A DNA stretch of 64,000 bases from Phototrophicaceae bacterium (GTDB taxonomy: Bacteria; Chloroflexota; Anaerolineae; Aggregatilineales; Phototrophicaceae), in assembly GCA_965262165.1 (NCBI GenBank), contig OZ253499.1:2808046-2872045 (forward strand). The letters run 5' to 3'. How positions within the stretch are numbered: the first letter of the stretch is position 1; every line of letters starts with the position of its first letter. The notes beneath the pieces are model-generated. The model was given only the letters and a program-made list of their open reading frames with translations. It was not told the origin of the DNA and made no database searches. Position numbers and translations under genes: made by a program. Shown here one piece after another: positions 48,370 to 57,200 of this stretch.

Positions 48370-49425
48370 TTAGGTACCAGAGACTATTAGTCTGCCGTCA
48401 CCTGCTACAACATCGCCAATTATCGCCGCATTGTCTCCGTTTTGGTGTAAATCCTCGAGTAGGCCTGTTGCGCGTTCCGCCGCCAACGACATCAACAATC
48501 CGCCTGATGTCTGCGGATCGAATAATAGCGCCCGCCGATTCGCATCGCTGCTGTCCACAAATGACAGCCAAGGTGAAAAGTAGTCACGATTACGTTCCAT
48601 GCCGCCGGGGAAAATGCCCCGGCTCGCATACTTCCTCGTGCCCGGCAGCCAGTCAAGCGACGCAAAGTTCAAGCGGAAATCAACTTGGCTCAAGCGAGCC
48701 ATCTCATATGCATGACCAGCCAAGCCAAATCCTGTGATGTCAGTCATCGCACGCACGCCATGACGTTGCGCACACTCGGCCGCGCGACGGTTGAGACGAG
48801 ACATCACGGCAACGGCGCTTTCGACATCCGCCGAGGAAGCCAGCCCGCGTTTCAAGGCAGTCGTAATGACACCCGTGCCCAAAGGCTTGCTCAAAACAAG
48901 TTTGTCGCCAGTTCTCGCGCCAGATTTGCGAATGATCTTGGCAACCGAAACCTCACCGGTCACTGACAAGCCGTATTTTGGCTCCTCATCGCTTATCGAG
49001 TGCCCGCCTGCGATAACCGCGCCGGATTCTCGGACCTTTTCGGCCCCACCGCGCAGGATTTCTTGAAGGATATCGAGACCGAGACTTTCCGGATAGGCGA
49101 CTAGATTAATCGCGAGCAGAGGGCGTCCGCCCATCGCATATACATCACTTAGCGCATTGGCAGCGGCGATCGCGCCAAAATCGTATGGGGTATCGACGAC
49201 GGGCGGGAAAAAATCTGTTGTGCTTATGATCGCACGTTCGTCGTCCAATTGGAAAACCGCGGCGTCATCCGGCTCTGACAGGCCGACCAAGACCTGCGGA
49301 AAGTCGGCAGGTATAAAGTTGTCACTGAGTGGCTGCAAAACTTGCGCCAAATCGCCCGGATTGAGCTTGGACGCTCAACCGGCACATTTGGCCAAGCTCG
49401 TCAGCTTGATTTCGCTTTCGCTCAT
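48370..49425 (-). CDS. selD: Selenide, water dikinase SelD; selenocysteine-containing form (in-frame TGA at 49375..49377)
   Basis: The track ORF starts at TTG 49350, but reading upstream in the same frame gives ATG 49425: MSESEIKLTSLAKCAG-TGA-ASKLNPGDLAQVLQPL. The TGA aligns with the catalytic Cys/Sec of the SelD N-terminal glycine-rich loop (E. coli GAGCGCK). The remainder is canonical AIR-synthase-fold SelD. A GGAAGG RBS lies upstream. Confidence 0.8.
49330..49349 (-). promoter_or_regulatory. Candidate bacterial SECIS hairpin downstream of the selD UGA
   Basis: On the mRNA, 25 nt after the UGA: UGGCGCAA-GUU-UUGC(A)GCCA. This is an 8-bp stem with one bulged A and a GU-containing apical loop. 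Hand-folded only. Confidence 0.35.
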
Positions 49426-49443
49426 CACGATCCGCCTTCCATA

Positions 49444-49470
49444 CAAAAGGGCTCACTGTCTCGTGAGCCC
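49444..49470 (-). terminator. Rho-independent terminator after tRNA-Pro
   Basis: GGGCTCAC-gagaca-GTGAGCCC (8-bp perfect stem) followed by TTTTG on the minus strand, between the tRNA-Pro 3' end and the selD RBS. Confidence 0.7.
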
Positions 49471-49482
49471 TGTACGTGCAAG

Positions 49483-49557
49483 TCGGGGTACCCGGATTCG
49501 AACCGGGGACCTCTTACACCCCATGCAAGCGCGCTAGCCGGACTGCGCCATACCCCG
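49483..49557 (-). tRNA. tRNA-Pro (anticodon GGG)
   Basis: Hand-folded from the reverse complement. Acceptor CGGGGTA/TACCCCG plus A. Anticodon arm CTTGC-ATGGGGT-GTAAG. T-arm CCCGG-TTCGAAT-CCGGG. Confidence 0.88.
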
Positions 49558-49629
49558 AACATAACATTATCATAACACAGTTATGGCAATCTGCCACCTT
49601 TCGGTCGATGGCGGATACTACCTGAGACC

Positions 49630-51213
49630 TTACCTGTCGATCGGCAATACGCCATAAGTACATGACTCATAATCCTGACCGACTATGACCTGGTAGTCAG
49701 TTTGGCGCGCCGGGTCTGCCTGTGTCTCAACCTGTTTCCTGGTCATGTTCAGCGCCTTTGTGATACCCGGTACTAAACTCCCCTTGCTCGCAGCTACATA
49801 ATCAACCAGCCGGCTCGATTCTACAGTCTCACCATTTGCTACCGGTCCAAGCGCCACGGAGTTGTAGCCATCCCAGCGCAATCGTTCGCTCGCAACCAGG
49901 TCCCAATACTCGTTGCCGGAACCGTTGTAAACGGCGATGGAAGGACCTGCCAATCCCACTTGGTTCTCCGACGGTGGTGTATAGAAGTCTCGCATTAGCT
50001 TCGTTACGGTTTCGTTTATTGGCAACAGGACAGATTCTCCGCTCGGCGTCCGCCAGTTCTGCGTATGGTATATGCGTCTAAAGGTGAAGTTTTGAATGCG
50101 GTCGAGATCAAGCTCGACCAAGTGTGGCAGAAGGCGCAGCATCGCGTCAAATGGAAAATTGGTATCGACTACCCCTTCCAGTTCGCCCCACAGCGAAGGC
50201 ACTGTGCTGATTAACCCATTGCTGCGCGCCTTGCGCCACATAGCTCGCAACAGTAATTGTTGGCGACGTCCGCGGTCCAGATCATCTGTATAGCGACGGG
50301 TGCGGGCATACCACAATGCGTCAAACCCATCAAAGGTATAATATCCGACATTCAGCGTTCGCCAGTCATATGCGCTGTTTTCTGCAACGCCAGTTTCTGT
50401 CCGAGTGACTGGATAATAATCCCGGTACGTGCAATCGACCGCGATGTCTACGCCACCGAGGCGATCTATGATGGACTTGAAGCCGGAAAAATTGGCCAGT
50501 GCGTAATAATGCACGTTGATGCCAAAATTGTAAAAAATCGTTTGCCGCAAGAGGCCGAATCCTCCGCCAGGCTGCCAACCAATATTTCTGCCGATCCCGA
50601 ACGCGGTGTTCAGCCGTCCCATTTTCCCGCTGGGAATGTAGACAAAGAGGTCTCGTGGCAAGTTTATCATCGATACTGTACCGGTTTCCGTGTTTAACGA
50701 TGCGATGATCATGGTATCTGTCCGCACGAAATTGTCCTCTGTCAGCTCATCATCGCCGCCTAGGAGTATGACATTTACCAAATCGTAGTCGCGACGAACG
50801 ACGGGTACCCGTGTGGGCACGGCAGTGCCGGAATGAACGAGACCCGCTCTTGGATCCGTGGGAAGGATTAGCCGAGGGAGATCTACAGGCTGGGGCGTTC
50901 CAGGAATGCCCGTAGCAACTGCTTCTGGCGATGGCGTAGGGGGACCTGGAGTACTGGTTAAGAATACCTGCTGCATCAAAAAGAGCCGGGATTCGTTCCG
51001 CAAACTGGCGCCGGATGCGTCTTCCGCCAGCGCTGTTCCTGTCGCCCGATATTCCTGCTGGCGAGCACTGCTGGTCGCGCCCATTTCACGCTGGCTATTC
51101 CAGAGATCCAAAACCTGAGACACTGTCCAGATCGTAGCCAGAAACAGGATAATGATGATCAGATAGAGGCTGAGTTTTAGCGATAGCCAAAGTAAGTTAC
51201 GAAGATTTCGCAT
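49630..51213 (-). CDS. LCP (LytR-CpsA-Psr) family glycopolymer-peptidoglycan ligase with C-terminal LytR_C domain
   Basis: 527 aa. N-terminal TM anchor. LCP core NVILLGGDDE...RTDTMIIASLN...VSMINLPRDLFV. C-terminal IAVYNGSGNEYWDLVASERL is LytR_C-like. Confidence 0.85.
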   Translation of the reverse strand: MRNLRNLLWLSLKLSLYLIIIILFLATIWTVSQVLDLWNSQREMGATSSARQQEYRATGTALAEDASGASLRNESRLFLMQQVFLTSTPGPPTPSPEAVATGIPGTPQPVDLPRLILPTDPRAGLVHSGTAVPTRVPVVRRDYDLVNVILLGGDDELTEDNFVRTDTMIIASLNTETGTVSMINLPRDLFVYIPSGKMGRLNTAFGIGRNIGWQPGGGFGLLRQTIFYNFGINVHYYALANFSGFKSIIDRLGGVDIAVDCTYRDYYPVTRTETGVAENSAYDWRTLNVGYYTFDGFDALWYARTRRYTDDLDRGRRQQLLLRAMWRKARSNGLISTVPSLWGELEGVVDTNFPFDAMLRLLPHLVELDLDRIQNFTFRRIYHTQNWRTPSGESVLLPINETVTKLMRDFYTPPSENQVGLAGPSIAVYNGSGNEYWDLVASERLRWDGYNSVALGPVANGETVESSRLVDYVAASKGSLVPGITKALNMTRKQVETQADPARQTDYQVIVGQDYESCTYGVLPIDR

Positions 51214-51283
51214 GGAGACTCCATAGTGTTACACGAGAAAAACTTACGCGACCCCAGAACCCTGATACTAGCGGATTGTAATG

Positions 51284-54200
51284 CTAGGGAGCCAGGAACA
51301 AAACAGGTATGTCGCAATAGCCATCTGTCGTAGGTTGGCCCGCTCTATCGACAATGCTAATACGTAGCCTGTGCAATCCAATGCCAAATATTTCGCTATT
51401 GAGTAACCCGAGAACATCGCTACTAACGGGTGCATATCCCTCAACATATTCGAAGTACTTATCCGACCAGGCGGGACGGATATCAATACGGTACATGGAC
51501 GTTTCGTGTAGTACAACTGAGCCAATGACCTCGATTATCCCGCGAATCTCTTGCATGGCAACCGGCGAAGTGATTTGCGCCAACTCTGTTTCGCAACCGA
51601 TCGCTTCTGGAGAATCGCTTTCGTTCGGAAATACAGGAATCGCTGTCGCCGGCGGAACGCTGGGGGTTGCAGGTAGCAGGAGGCTCTCCCCAGCCAATAC
51701 GCCTCGGATCGGTTCAAAGCAGTTGCCTTCTTGAATCTCGACAAGACTTGTGTTGATGCTTTCGGCAATGGCAAGCAGGGTGTCGCCCACCGCAACTTGG
51801 TACGATTGCCAATCAGGCGCCGCTTCACACGATTCAGTTTCGACCGCCCGGACGAACCCAACCGCAGTCGGCGTTGGCACCAATCTTGAATAGACAAATG
51901 GTAACATCGACGCTGTGGCACTCGGTTGAATCGTAGGCGTCGCGGTGGGCTGTAGCACAGGATCGATTTCCGTGACATTCGTGGAAGGTGTCGCCGTTTG
52001 ATCCATCGAAACAGCCTTTGTTGCAATTGCAGCTTCAGTTGCGCGTTCATCTGCTGTCGGCGTCAAACCGCTGCTCGCCGGCAAGGATTTCGTAACGGTT
52101 ACCGGGATTTTGGTCACGGTTTCGGGGACAGCGGCCGTGACGGAGTTTTCTGGAGTCTCGAACGCCGCGCCGATCTCTGCGGGTGTCTGTGCAGGCACCT
52201 CCACGACAGCGGTGCGTCCAATTGTTGTCGGTGGAACACCTCTGATTGCCGATCCGGGTGTCGGGCTAGCTTCCGCAGTCGAAGCCGCCGTGGCAGCAGA
52301 AATCGTTGATGTTGCCGTCCTATGCACAAGGGCGGTACGGCTCGCCCGTATCTCGCGCTGAACGCTTGTCGCTGTCTCCACTATGTCCAGATTGGCGATT
52401 GGGCTAGGAATGTCCGTCGTGGTTGGCGAAGCAGTGGGAGTCTCGGTCGCCGTGCGCTTGACCAGAGCCGTGCGGCTCGCTCGAATATCGCGCTGGCTCG
52501 TTTCCGTTGTAGCCACAATATCGTCAGTTGTGGTGGGGCTCGGCAATTCCGTCGTGAATGGCAAAGCTGTGGGAGTTGCGGTCGCAGTACGCTTGGCCAG
52601 AGCCGTGCGACTCGCTCGAATATCAGGTTCTACGCTTGTTGCTGTCCCCGGAGCTTCGTCGGTCGCGGTGGACAATGGAACTTCGGTCGTGGTTGGCGAA
52701 GCGGCGGGAGTTGCGGACGCTGTGCGCTTGACCAGAGCCGTGCGACTCGCTCGAATATCAGGTTCCACGCTTGTCGCTGTCCCCGGAGCTTCGTCAGTCT
52801 CAGTGGACAATGGAACTTCGGTGATGGTTGCTGCAGCGGAATAGGTTGCGGTCGCCATGCGCTTGACAAGAGCCGTGCGACTCGCTTGAATCTCCGATTC
52901 TACGCTTATTGCTGTACCCGTAGCTTCACCAGTCTCGGTGGACAATGGAATTCCGGTGGTGGTTGCATCAGCGGCGAGAGTTGCGGTCGCTGTGCGCTTG
53001 ACCAGAGCCGTGCGGCTCGCTCGAATCTCCGGTTCTACGTTTGTTGCTGTCCCCGGAGCTTCGTCAGTCGCGGCGGACAATGGAACTTCGGTCGTGGTAG
53101 GCGAAGCGGTGGGAGTTGCGGTCGCTGTACGCTTGGCCAAAGCCGTGCGACTCGCTCGAATATCGCGCTGGCTCGTTTGCGCTGTAACCACAATATCCTC
53201 AGTTGCGGTGGGGCTCGGAACTTCCGTGTCGGTTGGCGAAGCGGTGGGAGTTGCGGTCGCAGTGCGCTTGACCAAAGCCGTGCGGCTCGCTCGAATATCG
53301 CGCTGGCTCGTTTCCGTTGTAGCCACAATAGCGTCAGTTGTGGAGGGGCTCGGAACTTCGGTGGTGGTTGGCGAAGCGGTGGGAGTTTCGGTCGCTGTGC
53401 GCTGGATCAGAGCCGTTCGACTCGCTTGAATCTCCGATTCTACGCTTATAGCTGTACCCGTAGCTTCACCAGTCTCGGTGGACAATGGAATTCCGGTGGT
53501 GGTTGCATCAGCGGCGAGAGTTGCGGTCGCCATGCGCTTGGCCAGAGCCGTGCGACTCGCTCGGATATCGCGTTGGCTTGTTTCCGTTGTAGCCACAATA
53601 TCGGCAGTTGCGGTGGGGCTCGGAACTTCCGTTTCGGTCGCTGCAGCGGTGGGAGTGGCGGTCGCTGTGCGCTTGACCAGAGCCGTGCGACTCGCTCGAA
53701 TCTCAGGTTCTGCGCTTGTTGCAGTCGCCGTAACTTCGTCAGTCGCGGTGGACAATGGAACTTCGCTGATGGTTGGCGAAGCGGTATGCGTTGCGGTCGC
53801 TGTGCGCTTGATGAGAGCCGTGCGGCTCGCTCGAATCTCCGGTTCTACGCTTGTTGCAGTCCCAGAGACTTCGTTAGGCTCGGTGGACAATGGAATTCCG
53901 GTCGTGGTTGCTGCAGCGGTGGGAGTTGCGGTCGCCATGCGCTTGACAAGAGCCGTGCGACTCGCTTGAATCTCCGATTCTACGCTTATTGCTGTACCCG
54001 TAGCTTCACCAGTCTCGGTGGACAATGGAATTCCGGTGGTGGTTGCATCAGCGGCGAGAGTTGCGGTCGCCATGCGCTTGACAAGAGCCGTGCGACTCGC
54101 TCGGATATCGCGTTGGCTTGTTTCCGTTGTAGCCACAATATCGGCAGTTGCGGTGGGGCTCGGAAGTTCCGTTTCGGTCGCTGTGTGCTTGATGAGAGCC

Positions 54201-57200
54201 GTGCGGCTCGCTCGAATATCGCGCTGGCTTGTTTCCGTTGAAACCACAGTTTCCGCAGTTTCGGTGGGGCTCGGAACTTCGGTCTTGGTTGCAGCAGCGG
54301 CGGGAGTTGCGGTCGCTGTGCGCTTGGCCAGAGCCGTGCGACTCGCCCGGATATCGCGTTGGCTTGTTTCCGTTGTAGCCACAATATCGTCAGTTGCGGT
54401 GGGGCTCGGAACTTCCGTTTCGGTTGCAGCAGCGGTATGGGTCGCGGTTGCTGTGCGCTTAACCAGAGCCGTGCGACTCGCTCGAACATCGCGCTGGCTT
54501 GTTTCCGTTGTAACCACAAATTCGTCAGTTGCAGTGGGACTCGGCAATTCCGTCGTGAATGGCAAAGCGGTGGGAGTTGCGGTCGCTATGCGCTTGATCA
54601 GAGCTGTGCGACTTGCGCGAATATCGCGCTGGCTTGTTTCCGTCGTAAACACAGATTCCTCAGTTTCGGTGGGGCTCGGAACTGCGGTATCGGTTGCAGC
54701 AGCGGTATGAGTTGCGGTCGCCGTGCGCTTGACCAGAGCCGTGCGACTCGCTCGAATCTCAGGTTCTGCGCTTGTTGCAGTCGCCGTAACTTCGTCAGTC
54801 GCGGTGGACAATGGAACTTCGCTGATGGTTGGCGAAGCGGTATGCGTTGCGGTCGCTGTGCGCTTGACCAGAGCCGTGCGACTCGCTCGAATGTCGCGCT
54901 GGCTTGTTTCCGTTGAAACCGCAATATCGTCAGTTGCAGTCGGGCTCGGAACTGCGGTGCTGGTTGGCGAAGCGGTATGCGTTGCGGTCGCCGTGCGCTT
55001 GACCAAAGCCGTGCGGCTCGCTCGAATATCGCGCTGGCTTGTTTCTGTTGTTACCAGAGTTTCCTCAGTTTCGGTAGGACTTGGAACTTCCGTCGTGGTT
55101 GCAGCAGCGGGTAGGGTTGCGGTCGCTGTCCCTTTGACCTGAGCCGTTCGACTCGCTCTAATATCGCGCTGGCTTGATTCCGTTGTTACCACAATATCCT
55201 CAGTTTCGGTGGGGCTCGGAACTTCGGTCGCGGTTGCTACAGAGGTATGCGTTGCGGTCGCTGTGCGCTTGACGAGAACCGTGCGACTTGCTCGAATATC
55301 GCGCTGGCTTGTTTCCGTCGTAAACACAGATTCCTCAGTTTCGGTTGGGCTCGGAACTTTCGTTTCGGTTGCTGCAGCGGTATAGGTTGCGGTCGCTATG
55401 CGCTTGATCAGAGCTGTGCGACTCGCGCGAATATCGCGCTGGCTTGTTTCCGTCGTAAACACAGATTCCTCAGTTTCGGTGGGGCTCGGAATGTCCGTCT
55501 CGGTTGCTGCAGCGGTGGGAGTTGCGGTTGCTGTACGCTTGGCCAGAGCCGTGCGGCTCGCTCGAATCTCCGGTTCTACGTTTGTTGCTGTCCCAGAAAC
55601 TTCGTCAGTCTCGGTGGACAATGGAATTCCGGTGGTGGTTGCATCAGCGGCGAGAGTTGCGGTCGCCATGCGCTTGACAAGAGCCGTGCGACTCGCTCGG
55701 ATATCGCGTTGGCTTGTTTCCGTTGTAGCCACAATATCGGCAGTTGCGGTGGGGCTCGGAAGTTCCGTTTCGGTCGCTGTGTGCTTGATGAGAGCCGTGC
55801 GGCTCGCTCGAATATCGCGCTGGCTTGTTTCCGTTGAAACCACAGTTTCCGCAGTTTCGGTGGGGCTCGGAACTTCGGTCTTGGTTGCAGCAGCGGCGGG
55901 AGTTGCGGTCGCTGTGCGCTTGGCCAGAGCCGTGCGACTCGCCCGGATATCGCGTTGGCTTGTTTCCGTTGTAGCCACAATATCGTCAGTTGCGGTGGGG
56001 CTCGGAACTTCCGTTTCGGTTGCAGCAGCGGTATGGGTCGCGGTTGCTGTGCGCTTAACCAGAGCCGTGCGACTCGCTCGAACATCGCGCTGGCTTGTTT
56101 CCGTTGTAACCACAAATTCGTCAGTTGCAGTGGGACTCGGCAATTCCGTCGTGAATGGCAAAGCGGTGGGAGTTGCGGTCGCTATGCGCTTGATCAGAGC
56201 TGTGCGACTTGCGCGAATATCGCGCTGGCTTGTTTCCGTCGTAAACACAGATTCCTCAGTTTCGGTGGGGCTCGGAACTGCGGTATCGGTTGCAGCAGCG
56301 GTATGAGTTGCGGTCGCCGTGCGCTTGACCAGAGCCGTGCGACTCGCTCGAATCTCAGGTTCTGCGCTTGTTGCAGTCGCCGTAACTTCGTCAGTCGCGG
56401 TGGACAATGGAACTTCGCTGATGGTTGGCGAAGCGGTATGCGTTGCGGTCGCTGTGCGCTTGACCAGAGCCGTGCGACTCGCTCGAATGTCGCGCTGGCT
56501 TGTTTCCGTTGAAACCGCAATATCGTCAGTTGCAGTCGGGCTCGGAACTGCGGTGCTGGTTGGCGAAGCGGTATGCGTTGTAACCACAATATCGTCAGTT
56601 GCGGTGGGGCTCGGAACTGCGGTGGTGGTTGCTGCAGCGGTGGGAGTTGCGGTCGCTGTTCGCTTGGCCAGAGCCGTGCGGCTCGCTTGAATCTCAGGTT
56701 CCACGCTTGTTGCAGTCCCAGAGACTTCGTCAGTCTCGGTGGACAATGGAACTTCGCTGGGGGTTAGCGAAGCTGTGGGAGTTGCGGTCGCTGTGCGCTT
56801 GGCCAGAGCCGTGCGGCTCGCTCGAATCTCAGCTTCTACGCTTTTTGCAGTCTCCGGAGCTTCGTCGGTCGCGGTGGACAATGGAATTCTGGTGATGGTT
56901 GCAGCAGCGGTATGGGATGGGCTCGCTGTAAGCTTGACCAGCGCCGTGCGGCTCGCTTGAATCTCAGGCTCCACGCTTGTTGCAGTCTCCGAAACTTCGT
57001 CAGTCGCGGTAGACAATGGAACTACAGTCGTGGTAGGCGAAGCGGTGGAAGTTGCGGTCGCTGTGCGCTTGACCAGAGCCGTGCGGCTCGCTCGAATCTC
57101 TCGTTCTACGCTTGTTACAGTCTCCGGAGCTGCGTCGGTCGCGGTGGACAATGGAATTTTGGACGTGGTTGCAGCAGCGGTGGGAGTTGCGGTCGCTGTG

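Noticed and set aside
48370-49350. selD as a 5'-truncated gene or pseudogene (the ORF track starts at a TTG, and an upstream TGA interrupts the frame).
   Set aside because: The TGA falls exactly at the catalytic Cys/Sec position of the conserved SelD N-terminal loop. The upstream 16 codons continue the SelD alignment back to an ATG with an RBS. Selenocysteine read-through is the simpler explanation.
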